Under the pieces are notes generated by a model. The model searched no databases, was not told the DNA's origin, and saw nothing but the letters and a program-made list of their open reading frames with translations. 63,433 nucleotides of DNA, taken from positions 1-63,433 of IMG/VR virus record IMGVR_UViG_3300043177_000093, one strand, 5' to 3'. Both the position numbers and the translations under genes were made by a program. This document shows positions 6,232 through 16,122 of the stretch, in pieces (positions within the stretch are counted from its first letter, which is position 1; each line of letters starts with the position of its first letter). Source of the stretch: an uncultured virus (IMG/VR IMGVR_UViG_3300043177_000093). Its lineage: Duplodnaviria; Heunggongvirae; Uroviricota; Caudoviricetes.

Positions 6232-8685
6232 ATGATCCTGACTCGGGAAGAAGAGGAGAGCGGGATCTCCAGTCAGAAGATCAATCCTGCTGCGCTCCAC
6301 CCAGATATGGAGCCCACGGGGTCTAATAGCCCACAACTCTATGTTCTCGGGGAGGCGCCAGGATTATCGGAGGATCTGAAAGGCGTTCAATTTATTGGCA
6401 AGAGTGGCCAATTTCTCCGTGCTCAGTTTCCAATCAAGTTCAAAGAGCACATTCGCTTCAACAATTGCTGTCGAACTCGTCCACCAGAAAACCGAACTCC
6501 GACACAAGAAGAGGTCGATTTCTACAGACAGTCAATCATTGAGGATATAGAAGTCACAAAGCCACAAGCTGTACTGCTTGCTGGAGCAATTCCTCTGGCT
6601 TGGGCACTTCCTGGAATAGGAACTATCGAGGTTTGCCGGGGACGGCGCTTTCCTCTGAGGATCGGAAGGCATCCTACTTGGGTCTATCCTGTTCACCATC
6701 CCAGCTTCATTCTTCGGATCGAACGGTCTCGTTCTGGAGGCATCACAGGATTAGAATGGAAACGTGCATTTTTTAGAGACATAAAACGGGTTTTCTGTGA
6801 TCTCAAAGATGGAATTGGTCCTCCAAAGTTTTCCGATCCCAGTCCAGTTAGAAGACTGCTGACAGAGGCCGAAGTCTTAGAAGCAGTCAAGGAATTCAGC
6901 AACAAGGCAATCTTTGCTTTTGACCTGGAGACATCCTGTTTGCGGCCACAATCGGCCAATGCTAATCTGTTGTCTATTGGACTTTCTGATGGCGAGTCTA
7001 CGGTAGCCTTTCCAATAGATCATTTTGCTCATGTATGGCCTAGAACGAGCAGAACTGCAATCAGGAATGCTTTGCGCTATCTATTTCTAGAGTCGAAGGC
7101 ATCCAAGATTGCTCACAATCTCGCCTTTGACCTGGAGTGGGTTCTAGAAGAGCTTGAAATCCCTCATGCTCATAATGTCAGATGGCATGACACTCAAGCA
7201 ATGGCCTTCCTGCTTGATGAGCGAGAAGGTGGCCATAATCTGGACTTCGTTTCCAGACTTGTGCTAGGCTATTCAACCAAGGGTCTGACCAAGATCAACG
7301 TAAAGAAGATCGAGGAGGCTCCTCTAGAAACTCTTCTAGAATACAATGGTCTAGATGCTCAGAGCACTTGCAGGATTTTTGAGAAGCTGACTGATAGAAT
7401 TGTAGATGAGAATCTAACTGAGATATACAAGGAGCACATCAAGCGGATTCCTACAGCAGTCCAAGCACAGAGAGTTGGGATGCTTGTTGATCCCGAGCGC
7501 GTGAAGTTCTTCCAAAAAGATATCGGAGACCGACTCAGGGCAGTCAAAGAGCAAATCACAACAAGTAACGAGGCTAAACGCTTCGAGAAGAAGTTCGGAA
7601 GAGAGTTTTCTCCAACATCTAACCCTAGATTAGTGCTGATGTTCCGTGATCTTCTAAAAAGAAAAGAAGGGCAACGCGGAACAAAATATAGCACCGACGA
7701 GGAAGCCTTAGCTCTGATGAAGGATGAACCGCTAGCCGAACTGATCCTAGAGATGAGAAGGCTGGCTAAGCTGAAAAGCACTTACGTAGATGTGCTTGAT
7801 CCAGGCCACAAGAAAACCGTTGTGTTTCCAGATGGAAGGATTCATCCACAATTCAACACCCTGAAAACAAGAACAGGGCGTCTTTCATCTTCCAACTGGA
7901 ATGCACAGAATGTTCCTAGACGAAAGAACGCAGAGATCCGATCTCAGATCATTGCGGATCCTGATTGTGTGCTGATCGCATCGGACCAAGGACAACTAGA
8001 AGCCCGGGTGATCGCTGCGGCATCTGGTGATAAATTCCTGATGGAGTCCATCAAAAATGGCTGGGACATCCACCGCGACTGGGCTGAGCGAGTTGCCAAA
8101 CTCGCTCCTGCTGTATTTCAGAGACGGGGGGCAAATATCGAAGTTTTTCGTGATGAAATCAAGAACGAGCTTGTGTTCCCAGCATTCTACGGAAGCCAAC
8201 CAGATGCCATAGCCAGCCGACTAGAGCTGACCAGTGGCCAGGCAAATAGGATTTTTCAGGACTTCTGGAAGTGCTTTCCTGGAGTCCGAGTGTGGCAGAG
8301 GAGCTTGTTGGAGTTCTATTATGAGCATGGGTACGTCAAGTCCCCAACTGGCAGACACTATCGAGCGCCACTCTCCGAGAACATGATTCTGAACTACGGA
8401 ATTCAAGGAAGTGCCAGTGACATCGTGGTTGACGCCATGAACCGACTGTGCAGGATTGCCGACCTGGAAGGCCCTTCCTATCTGAAGCCGGTGCTGAACG
8501 TGCATGATGACTTGACTTTCATCGTTCCCAAGAGGAAGGTGGAGAACGCAATGGAAGTCATTGTTAGGGAAATGTTAGCCTATGACGGGGCTTGGCTAAC
8601 CGTCCCGCTTGAGGTAAAAATCTCGGTGGGTCCCAATTGGCACGAGGTCAAGACTATTGGAAAATTCTCCAGTGCCTTGATCTGA
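6232..8685 (+). CDS. polA: family A DNA polymerase with N-terminal family-4 UDG-like domain (SPO1-like architecture)
   Basis: UDG motifs GEAPG, FIGKSG, RPPENRTP, HPS; exonuclease FDLET, HNLAFD, YNGLD; polymerase TGRLSS, DQGQLEARV, K....F...YG, VHDD. Confidence 0.92.
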   Translation: MILTREEEESGISSQKINPAALHPDMEPTGSNSPQLYVLGEAPGLSEDLKGVQFIGKSGQFLRAQFPIKFKEHIRFNNCCRTRPPENRTPTQEEVDFYRQSIIEDIEVTKPQAVLLAGAIPLAWALPGIGTIEVCRGRRFPLRIGRHPTWVYPVHHPSFILRIERSRSGGITGLEWKRAFFRDIKRVFCDLKDGIGPPKFSDPSPVRRLLTEAEVLEAVKEFSNKAIFAFDLETSCLRPQSANANLLSIGLSDGESTVAFPIDHFAHVWPRTSRTAIRNALRYLFLESKASKIAHNLAFDLEWVLEELEIPHAHNVRWHDTQAMAFLLDEREGGHNLDFVSRLVLGYSTKGLTKINVKKIEEAPLETLLEYNGLDAQSTCRIFEKLTDRIVDENLTEIYKEHIKRIPTAVQAQRVGMLVDPERVKFFQKDIGDRLRAVKEQITTSNEAKRFEKKFGREFSPTSNPRLVLMFRDLLKRKEGQRGTKYSTDEEALALMKDEPLAELILEMRRLAKLKSTYVDVLDPGHKKTVVFPDGRIHPQFNTLKTRTGRLSSSNWNAQNVPRRKNAEIRSQIIADPDCVLIASDQGQLEARVIAAASGDKFLMESIKNGWDIHRDWAERVAKLAPAVFQRRGANIEVFRDEIKNELVFPAFYGSQPDAIASRLELTSGQANRIFQDFWKCFPGVRVWQRSLLEFYYEHGYVKSPTGRHYRAPLSENMILNYGIQGSASDIVVDAMNRLCRIADLEGPSYLKPVLNVHDDLTFIVPKRKVENAMEVIVREMLAYDGAWLTVPLEVKISVGPNWHEVKTIGKFSSALI

Positions 8686-8751
8686 TAGCAGATGGAACGC
8701 TAGTATTCCTTCTAGTTGGTGGATGTCCCACCGACAGAACAAGCTGAAACC

Positions 8752-9198
8752 ATGACAACTCAGACGATTCAAGAAAAGATCGACACGCTCGCCCGGGCTC
8801 TTGCTGATGCTCGGACCGAGCAGTTCTACACCGAGACCAAGAACGAGCTGCTGGCAGCCCTGAAGGGCCGACTGAACGGAGGCCAAGAGGTTGCAGTCGC
8901 CACAGCGTCCGCAGTCACGATTCCGAAGCGGAAGGTTGGGCGGCCGAAGACGCAGCGCGCTGACGTGCCGGAGTCCAACGGTGGCACGCGCAGCGAGGAA
9001 GGTGAGAAGATCCGGAAGCGGATCATCTCCATCCTGAAGAGCCAGCCGAACGGAATGCTTGCTCTCGACCTCTCGGCCAAGATGAGGAAGGCCGGACTGG
9101 ACCGGAGCAAGTGGTTCTACCACCTGCACTCCCTGCGCACCGAGAAGGTCGTGGGCATGAAGGGTCAACGTCGGCAGGCCCAATACTTCCTGAAGTAG
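8752..9198 (+). CDS. small basic DNA-binding protein (AT-hook-like plus winged-helix-like C-terminus)
   Basis: KRKVGRPK motif, then IISILK...helix...GQRRQAQY; ATG 8752 preferred over TTG 8716. Confidence 0.55.
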   Translation: MTTQTIQEKIDTLARALADARTEQFYTETKNELLAALKGRLNGGQEVAVATASAVTIPKRKVGRPKTQRADVPESNGGTRSEEGEKIRKRIISILKSQPNGMLALDLSAKMRKAGLDRSKWFYHLHSLRTEKVVGMKGQRRQAQYFLK

Positions 9199-9205
9199 GC
9201 CCTAG

Positions 9206-9706
9206 GTGTCCACAGAAGAACTCCAGGCGTTCCTACAAGAGCGCCTGGAGATCAACAAGGACAATCTCGACCGGGAGCTGGTGTGGCAGGCCGAGCTTTT
9301 TCACAAGGCTGCCCATGCCTACGCCCTGGCCGTCTCCAGACGAGACGAGCTGAAGGAAGAGATCCGGCTGCTCTCTGCTGATCTTGCCCTGCTTCTACGG
9401 CGCAAGCTGGAGGCCAAAGGCAAGGTCACAGAGGGTCTAGTCCAGAACCATCTGGAGGCCGCTCCAGACTACCAGGCTCTCAGGAAGCAGCTTGCGGAAG
9501 CCAGCCGTGAGACAGAGATCCTGGCTGCGCTGAAGGAAGCGTACTCCCAGCGCTCCTGGATGCTTCGGGAGCTGTGCAGCATGTACATCGCCGGCTACTT
9601 CTCGACGACCAGCATCAGGGGTGAAGCAAGCAAACAGGTGGAAGAGGAGGCCAACCTGGAGCGGCGTCGGCGAATCATGGCGCAGGAGCGATCTACCAGA
9701 AAATAG
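9206..9706 (+). CDS. UvsY-like recombination mediator
   Basis: helical protein (LEINKDNLDREL...K.TEG.V...P.Y...AYSQR...L) directly before the SSB and RecA genes. Confidence 0.55.
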   Translation: MSTEELQAFLQERLEINKDNLDRELVWQAELFHKAAHAYALAVSRRDELKEEIRLLSADLALLLRRKLEAKGKVTEGLVQNHLEAAPDYQALRKQLAEASRETEILAALKEAYSQRSWMLRELCSMYIAGYFSTTSIRGEASKQVEEEANLERRRRIMAQERSTRK

Positions 9707-9708
9707 AA

Positions 9709-9867
9709 ATGTACTGGCCACTGAAAATCCTTTTTTGGATTGTGGTTTCTATGACAGGGGTATTCCTATTGTGGTTGCTGACCTTCACCATCGGTCATGC
9801 GTGGCACGCGGCAAAGTTCTACGAGCTGTCGCGCTTCACTGACAAAAGAATCAAGAGAGAAGAATAA
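9709..9867 (+). CDS. 52-aa single-TM protein (not in ORF track)
   Basis: MYWPLKILFWIVVSMTGVFLLWLLTFTIGHAW...; stop overlaps the next ATG (TAATG). Confidence 0.45.
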   Translation: MYWPLKILFWIVVSMTGVFLLWLLTFTIGHAWHAAKFYELSRFTDKRIKREE

Positions 9868-10928
9868 TGGCCAGGAGAGCACGATCAGATTTTGATTACG
9901 AAGAACGGAGCCCAGAGGAGATCAAACAGCGGGCCATCAGAAGATCCAGTCAGTTCGATGTCTGGTATCAGGATTTTGTGAAAACGTTCACACCAGAAAC
10001 TGGTGTGAACAAGATCAGAATTCTCCCTCCACACAAGAGCCACAAGATGAAGTGGTATGGGCTGAGCGCCTATTTCCACAGCCAGATCGGTCCTGATGCC
10101 CAGACTTATCTTTGTCTAAATAAAAACAGGGGAGAACAATGTCCGATCTGCGAAGAGCACATGCGGGCAAAGATGAACAAGGAGAGCGATGACTACATCA
10201 GAGCACTTTCCACCTACGAGCGTGTGCTCATGTGGGTGATCGATCGTGCCAACGAGGGAGAAGGTGTTCAGCTCTACGCGATGTCCACTACGCTAGATAG
10301 GGAATTCGCAGCGCAGTCAGTTGATTCTGAGACTGGAGAAGTCCTGAGAATTGACCATCCCTACGAAGGGTTCGACATCATCTTTTCGAGGGAAGGTACT
10401 GGGCTAAAGACGAAGTACAGTGGACTCAAGATCGCTCGGAATCCATCTCCGATCTCTTCTGATGAGCAGGAGATGGACGAATGGCTAGCGTTCGTGAAAG
10501 ACTATCCACTCAGCGATGCTCTGAAATTCTACGAGTACGAGAAGATCCAAAAGGCGTTTGGTGGGCAGACTTCTCGCAAGAACGATGACGAAGAAGAGCG
10601 ACCCACCAGAAAAGGACTGGAGGAAGCCCCTGCGAAGAGACATACTTCACTAGACGATGACGAGATCCCACAAACACGGAAAAAAGTCCAAACGTACGGT
10701 GAAGAAGATGTAGCCCCTCGTGGAAGTAAAAGAGGCACTCTAGATAACGACGAGGAGGCTAGACCCACTCCGGCCTCGAAAGATCGACGTTTCCAAGAAA
10801 GTCGAACAGAGTTTCGGAAGCGCATTGACGAGGTAGCTGTAGCAGCTGACGAAGATGAGGCCGAAGAGGAAGAGGTCACGGATCTGAGAAAGAAAATCCG
10901 CAAGGGTCTCCAAGCGATCGAAGACTAA
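9867..10928 (+). CDS. gp32-like single-stranded DNA-binding protein
   Basis: N.IRILPP, H...YLCL....GEQCPICE Zn motif, G.D....REG.G..TKY, long acidic tail. Confidence 0.75.
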   Translation: MARRARSDFDYEERSPEEIKQRAIRRSSQFDVWYQDFVKTFTPETGVNKIRILPPHKSHKMKWYGLSAYFHSQIGPDAQTYLCLNKNRGEQCPICEEHMRAKMNKESDDYIRALSTYERVLMWVIDRANEGEGVQLYAMSTTLDREFAAQSVDSETGEVLRIDHPYEGFDIIFSREGTGLKTKYSGLKIARNPSPISSDEQEMDEWLAFVKDYPLSDALKFYEYEKIQKAFGGQTSRKNDDEEERPTRKGLEEAPAKRHTSLDDDEIPQTRKKVQTYGEEDVAPRGSKRGTLDNDEEARPTPASKDRRFQESRTEFRKRIDEVAVAADEDEAEEEEVTDLRKKIRKGLQAIED

Positions 10929-10931
10929 GCC

Positions 10932-11948
10932 GTGGCACTAGAACGGAAGAGGCTGCCGACAGCATGGCCTGATTCCGAGAAGGAACGAGAGGGCCTCTAC
11001 TTCCGAAAGGAGCAGAGGCCCGATTGTTTCACTACCGGATGCACCCTGCTAGACTGCGCTCTTGGTGGTGGTTGGGCACGGAATCGAATCGTCAATGTTG
11101 TTGGTGATTCCAAAACCGGAAAAAGCCTGCTAGCCATAGAAGCCTGCGCTAACTTCAGAAAAGCTCTTCCAAACGGGAAGATTTTCTACATAGAGGTAGA
11201 GGCAGCATTCGATGAGGATTTTGCTGCCACACTTGGGCTTCCAAAGGGCCACGTCGAGTTTCCCACAGACATTTTCACGGTGGAAGACCTCTTCAAGAAG
11301 ATAGAAGGGATCATGAGCAAGGCCAAGGAAGACACTTTGATCATTGTGGATTCCCTGGATGCTCTATCTGACCAAGCAGAGCTAGAGAAAGAAATTGATG
11401 CTGGCAGCTTTGGAGCAGCCAAGGCCAAGAAGTTGTCAGAACTATTCCGAAGGCTTGTCCAGAAGATAGAAAGTAAAAGGGTCACGCTGATCATAGTCTC
11501 TCAGATCAGGGAAGCAATCGGCATAATGTTTGGCAAAACCCAAAGCCGTTCTGGTGGTAGGGCATTGGATTTCTATGCTAGCCAGATTGTCTGGTTGCAT
11601 CATCATGGCAAGCTCAAGAAAACTAGAGACGGAGTAGAGCGTGTGATCGGAGTCAAGATCAACGCGAAGGTAGAGAAGAACAAGATTGGAGTTCCATTCC
11701 GAGAAGCAGCATTTCCTATCTATTTCAATTACGGAGTGGAAGACGTGATTGCAGGATTGGAATTCCTAGACAAATTCTCAACAAAAGACGTAATTGCAGG
11801 CCAGCCAATCAAGAAAGTACTTGCCAACCTGCACAGATTTTCTACCGATGAGTATAGTAAGCTGCGTAAATTGGTTTCCAAAGAGGTAAAAGTCGCTTGG
11901 GATCTGATCGAAGACAAGTTTGATCTCAAGCGGCGTAAGTACGAATGA
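10932..11948 (+). CDS. recA: RecA/UvsX recombinase
   Basis: TG...LD.ALGGG, Walker A GDSKTGKS, IIVDSL, QIRE.IG.MFG, SGGRALDFYAS, KNK...PFR. Confidence 0.92.
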   Translation: MALERKRLPTAWPDSEKEREGLYFRKEQRPDCFTTGCTLLDCALGGGWARNRIVNVVGDSKTGKSLLAIEACANFRKALPNGKIFYIEVEAAFDEDFAATLGLPKGHVEFPTDIFTVEDLFKKIEGIMSKAKEDTLIIVDSLDALSDQAELEKEIDAGSFGAAKAKKLSELFRRLVQKIESKRVTLIIVSQIREAIGIMFGKTQSRSGGRALDFYASQIVWLHHHGKLKKTRDGVERVIGVKINAKVEKNKIGVPFREAAFPIYFNYGVEDVIAGLEFLDKFSTKDVIAGQPIKKVLANLHRFSTDEYSKLRKLVSKEVKVAWDLIEDKFDLKRRKYE

Positions 11949-11957
11949 AAAATACTT

Positions 11958-12018
11958 GGGTGATCCGACTCAATGCAGCGCGCATGGTGGTGCAGGGGGA
12001 GTCGGATCACCCTTTCTT
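11958..12018 (+). terminator. long hairpin with T tract after recA
   Basis: GGGTGATCCGACTC 11958-11971 pairs with GAGTCGGATCACCC 11999-12012, then TTTCTT. Confidence 0.6.
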
Positions 12019-12023
12019 TGCTT

Positions 12024-12590
12024 ATGGGCGGATTTTACAACAAACAAAAGGGAGCTAATTTTGAGAGGCAGACCTGCAAAAGGCTCAGTCTCTGGGCTTC
12101 ACATTTTACAAGAGATGACATCTTCTGGAGAAGCGCAATGTCTGGTGGCAGAGCCACGTTCAAAACCAGACAAGGAAGGGATCAGAAGACGGAAGCCCAA
12201 TCAGGAGACATCAGTGCGATCCATCCATTGGGCTACCCACTAATCTCTGAGTTCTTCCTAGAATGCAAGCACCTCAAGAACCTCCATCTTGATATAATTC
12301 CATATGGAGGGCGCGGAGAACTAAAAGACTATTGGGAAGAACCATTCCAGCGAGCCAAAGACTATAACAAGACCTTGCTGGTGATCGCCAAGGAAAATCG
12401 TCGGAATCCGATAGTTCTCACGACCAAAGACGGCTCGGATACACTGAAGCTAGCACTAAAGCCGAACCGGAAATTCACTCTGCGCGCCTATTTTCCAACA
12501 ACTAAGCCGAGCATTTTTGTGTATATGTTTCGAGACATGATAGCTAACCTGTCCTATGAGAAGCTGGTAGAGTTCATTGGAAAAAAATGA
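12024..12590 (+). CDS. Holliday junction resolvase (Hjc-like PD-(D/E)XK)
   Basis: KQKGANFER...RSAMSGG...GDI...LECK; start moved to ATG 12024, downstream of the hairpin. Confidence 0.75.
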   Translation: MGGFYNKQKGANFERQTCKRLSLWASHFTRDDIFWRSAMSGGRATFKTRQGRDQKTEAQSGDISAIHPLGYPLISEFFLECKHLKNLHLDIIPYGGRGELKDYWEEPFQRAKDYNKTLLVIAKENRRNPIVLTTKDGSDTLKLALKPNRKFTLRAYFPTTKPSIFVYMFRDMIANLSYEKLVEFIGKK

Positions 12591-13585
12591 GAGCTATATT
12601 TACTTCGGACTGGCATCTACGAACCGAGCCAGAACACGAATACCGATGGTCGATGTTCCCCTGGCTTACTCGCCAAGTGGAGAACAGGAAACTCGATGCC
12701 ATCTTTATCTTGGGGGACATAGCTGACAAGAAAGACAAGCATCCGAACCAATTCATCAACAGACTGGTCGAAGAGCTGCGCAAGCTGAGTCTGTTGGCCT
12801 CTGTTTTCCTGCTGATGGGAAACCACGACTTCGAGAAGCCGGGCGCTCCCCTCCTCCGGTTCCTTGACACACCCTCCGAGCCAACCCTCCGTTACCTGAG
12901 AGAGCCCACAAAGATCAAGATGGCAGGACTCACCTTCCATCTGATCCCACATATGAAGCAAAAAGATGGATTCTGGAAGGAAGTCGAGAAGGCCGCTACA
13001 GCAGACTTCGTATTGCTGCACCAGACGTTTTCTGGAGCTGTTGCTGAGAACGGGATGAAGATGCAGGGACTATCTCCAGTTGGGCTTCCAGAAGGTCCAA
13101 TCTACATTAGTGGGGACATTCATGTGCCACAGAAGATAGGAGAGATCATCTATTGTGGAGCCCCTCATCCTGTACGCTTCGGAGATTCATTCAAGCCCCG
13201 AGTTCTTTTCTGGGATGAAGATGCCTTGAAATCCCTATCCAGAACGACCATCAGGAAGCCAGTTCTTATCATCGAATCGGAGGAGGATCTGGAAAAGATG
13301 GATCTCTCCGATGGTGACCAAGTGCGGGTCGTGCTCAAGCTCGACCGCGCACAGTTCGGCTCCTGGGAGGAGAGACGTAAAACGATCCAGGAGCGGGCCA
13401 AGAAGGCAGGCTGGACGCTAGCTGGCCTGGAGCTGGCTGACCGCAGCGCCGCTCAGAGGCATCGTAGACTGTCAGAGCCCACAAGTCGTCCCGCAGACCT
13501 GCTCAGAGCGTTCTGCAAGGCCCACAACATCGCTCCAGAGCTGGAGTCGGTGGGTCTCTTCCTGCTGACAGACCAAAATGCTTAG
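12587..13585 (+). CDS. sbcD: SbcD/Mre11/gp47-like nuclease
   Basis: SDWH, LGD..D, GNHD, HQ, SGDIH, YCGAP metallophosphoesterase motifs. Confidence 0.88.
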   Translation: MRAIFTSDWHLRTEPEHEYRWSMFPWLTRQVENRKLDAIFILGDIADKKDKHPNQFINRLVEELRKLSLLASVFLLMGNHDFEKPGAPLLRFLDTPSEPTLRYLREPTKIKMAGLTFHLIPHMKQKDGFWKEVEKAATADFVLLHQTFSGAVAENGMKMQGLSPVGLPEGPIYISGDIHVPQKIGEIIYCGAPHPVRFGDSFKPRVLFWDEDALKSLSRTTIRKPVLIIESEEDLEKMDLSDGDQVRVVLKLDRAQFGSWEERRKTIQERAKKAGWTLAGLELADRSAAQRHRRLSEPTSRPADLLRAFCKAHNIAPELESVGLFLLTDQNA

Positions 13586-15482
13586 GTTCAACAAAATCTC
13601 GATTGAGGGCTTCCGCTCTTTCGAGCAGGATCAGGTTTTCATTTTCCCTAAAAAGGAAAATGGATTCTATCTCGTAACGGGAGAGAATCGAGTAGAACCA
13701 AAGCTCGGAGCCAATGGCTGTGGCAAGTCCACGCTTTTTGAATCTATCTGTTGGACGCTTTACGGAAAAACATCTAGAGGCTTGCGAGGAAAAGAGCTAG
13801 CCAACAGAAAAGATGAAAACCTGACTTCGGTGTGCTTGGAGTTTGAGATTGGTGGGGAACTCTATGGTGTAACCAGAAGTTGGAATCCAAATTCTCTCGT
13901 CATAGACCGTCCAGGAAAACCAACAGAGGCCATCACCCAAGAGGAATTGGTCAGCTTGGTCGGTCTCTCGTATTCTGCGTTCCTAAACACGGTACTGCTC
14001 GGGCAGTTCAACCAGTTTTTTCTTGATCTGAGTCCCACCGAAAAGCTGGAGGTGCTGTCTGAATTTCTAGAACTGGAGGTCTGGGAAAAAGCTGCAAGTA
14101 CCTCCAAGGACCAAGCCAGTGAACTGAAATCAAGAATCACTGCTCAAGAGCTGGAGCTGGTCCGAGCTGAGGACAGCTTCAAGTCACTCCGTGATCAGGT
14201 TGACTATCTTCAGAAGCTCGAGTCTGTGGCCGCTGAGGAAAAAACAGCCAGGCTGGCTAAGCTCAGAAAAAAGATTGTAGCTTTGGAATCAAACCTAGAG
14301 GACACAATAAAGAATAGGAGACTACTGGCTGCAAGCATTTCTGAGGCCAAAGAGGAGCTGGAAAAGAAGGACAGGAAATTGCTTGGCCTGAGCAGACAAC
14401 AAGCGGGCATCATCCAGACGTTACAAGAAATACGGAATGCCTATGCAGCTCTCGATCACAGACAAAAAGAACTCTCTAGGAAACTAGGCGAAATTGACTC
14501 AATCAACGCTACTTGCCCACTTTGTAGGCAAGTAGTTCTAAAAGATCAAATAGTCAATCTACTCCAAGACCTAGAATCTGACAACAAGCAGATCCACACA
14601 AAGGCTAAAGAGCTGAAGATTCTAGAACAGGGAAACCAGGCCAAGCTCTCCGAGATGGATGTGTTCAAGAAAGACATCGAGAAGGCAATGTCCATTTATA
14701 GAGAGCACATCGTTGTCGAAGAGACCAAACTAAAGGCTATCGGAGACAGAAAGAAGCAGTTGGAGTCGGATATAGAAGAGTTGCTGAGTGAACTCGGACA
14801 ACTCTCCAGCAAAGAGAATCCTCACACAGAGAAAATAGCTCAGCTTACTGAGAATTGTGCAGCCCAAGAAACCAGAATAAAATCCATAAAGTCTACTATT
14901 CAGCAGCTACGAGATGGGCTAAATGGATACGATTTCTGGATCAGCAAGTTCAAGGAGCTAAGGCTTTGGATCCTCGAATCCGCTCTGGCTGATCTAGAGC
15001 TACATATGAACAATGCCCTTGAGGAACTGGGACTGATCGGGTATCGGATCAAGATCGACGTGGAGCGCCCGAAGGCAGATGGCTCTGGTGTGGTCAAAGG
15101 CTTCACAGTGCTCATTACCTCACCAGAAGACAATACGCCCATCATATGGGAAAGTTGGAGTGGAGGTGAGACTCAGCGCTTGCGCCTCGCTGGAGCAATC
15201 GGATTCTCTGACATGATCTGCGACCGGATTGGCATCCATCCATCCTTTGAAGTCTGGGACGAAGCCAGCACCCATCTTTCAGAAGAGGGCATCGAGGACC
15301 TGGTAGAGCTTCTAGAAACTAGAAGTCAAATCAGAAATAAGCAGGTATTCCTAATAGATCATAGAACGATAAATGCTGGCAACTTTGATGATGTGATTTC
15401 TGTAATCCGCGACGGGTCCGGTAGTCGAATTCTCCCAAAAGAATTTACCAGAACCAAGAGAATTGCCCGTGCAAGTGCGTGA
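13578..15482 (+). CDS. sbcC: SbcC/Rad50/gp46-like ATPase
   Basis: NGCGKST Walker A, coiled coil with CPLC zinc hook, WSGGE signature, WDE Walker B, IDH. Confidence 0.9.
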   Translation: MLRFNKISIEGFRSFEQDQVFIFPKKENGFYLVTGENRVEPKLGANGCGKSTLFESICWTLYGKTSRGLRGKELANRKDENLTSVCLEFEIGGELYGVTRSWNPNSLVIDRPGKPTEAITQEELVSLVGLSYSAFLNTVLLGQFNQFFLDLSPTEKLEVLSEFLELEVWEKAASTSKDQASELKSRITAQELELVRAEDSFKSLRDQVDYLQKLESVAAEEKTARLAKLRKKIVALESNLEDTIKNRRLLAASISEAKEELEKKDRKLLGLSRQQAGIIQTLQEIRNAYAALDHRQKELSRKLGEIDSINATCPLCRQVVLKDQIVNLLQDLESDNKQIHTKAKELKILEQGNQAKLSEMDVFKKDIEKAMSIYREHIVVEETKLKAIGDRKKQLESDIEELLSELGQLSSKENPHTEKIAQLTENCAAQETRIKSIKSTIQQLRDGLNGYDFWISKFKELRLWILESALADLELHMNNALEELGLIGYRIKIDVERPKADGSGVVKGFTVLITSPEDNTPIIWESWSGGETQRLRLAGAIGFSDMICDRIGIHPSFEVWDEASTHLSEEGIEDLVELLETRSQIRNKQVFLIDHRTINAGNFDDVISVIRDGSGSRILPKEFTRTKRIARASA

Positions 15483-15859
15483 TAACGATGACGATATCCG
15501 TCAACTCCTTCTTGACATTCTGAATGCTGAAAGCGGTCTATCTACTTGGGAGATAGACTTCGCTGAAGACTTGATAGAGAAGATTGAAACCGGACGGTTT
15601 CTTACTCCTCGTCAGATAGCGAAGGTAGAAGAAATCCACTCTAGGCTGGAAGGAAATGACGATGACTCCGACTTCGACTACTGACCCGGCACAGTCATGT
15701 GAGGCTTGTGGCAGACCAGTTCTGGTCATGGGCCGAATGACAAAATTCTATCAACCACTCACACAGGATGATGGCCCACGATGTCAGGTCTGCGGTGGCG
15801 GAAGGGAGCCTGAGATCAAGGATCAAGAGACCACACGATTCCCACTCGGGCTAGAGTAA
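15463..15859 (+). CDS. two small ORFs: 15463-15684 (acidic) and 15656-15859 (CxxC..CxxC Zn ribbon)
   Basis: LSTWEIDFAEDL...LTPRQ motif; CEAC/CQVC. Confidence 0.5.
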
Positions 15860-15921
15860 AAGAAGGGAGACGGCCCAATCTCCGTGGATCTCTCGAAATC
15901 CGGATTCGGGCCGCTCCCTTC
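15856..15921. terminator. hairpin between the convergent genome arms
   Basis: GAAGGGAG(A)CGGCCC...GGGCCGCTCCCTTC; upstream A run gives a U tract on the minus strand. Confidence 0.55.
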
Positions 15922-15969
15922 CCCGAGCACCAAGCACAAGAGGGAGGAGGTCTCTAGTGAGACGGCGCT

Positions 15970-16122
15970 CTAAATCTTTCCTGCTCTGCGCAGGCTCATG
16001 TTGATGGCTCTGACCTGAGCTACAGCCTTCTTTCGGCTCTTGTGGCAGCGGCCTTTCTTCGCTCCACCACTAGGCTCGACAGCACAGAATTTGCCATCAA
16101 TCTTTTTGACCTTGACCGGCAT
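15970..16122 (-). CDS. 50-aa basic protein (not in ORF track)
   Basis: MPVKVKKIDGKFCAVEPSGGAKKGRCHKSRKKAVAQVRAINM...; resembles the small phage MP..V.K...C...CH...A.AQ..A motif. Confidence 0.5.
   Translation of the reverse strand: MPVKVKKIDGKFCAVEPSGGAKKGRCHKSRKKAVAQVRAINMSLRRAGKI

Noticed and set aside
6232-11948. Inteins or group I introns in polA/recA
   Set aside because: Both ORFs are continuous and of normal length, with no splice or LAGLIDADG/HNH motifs seen.
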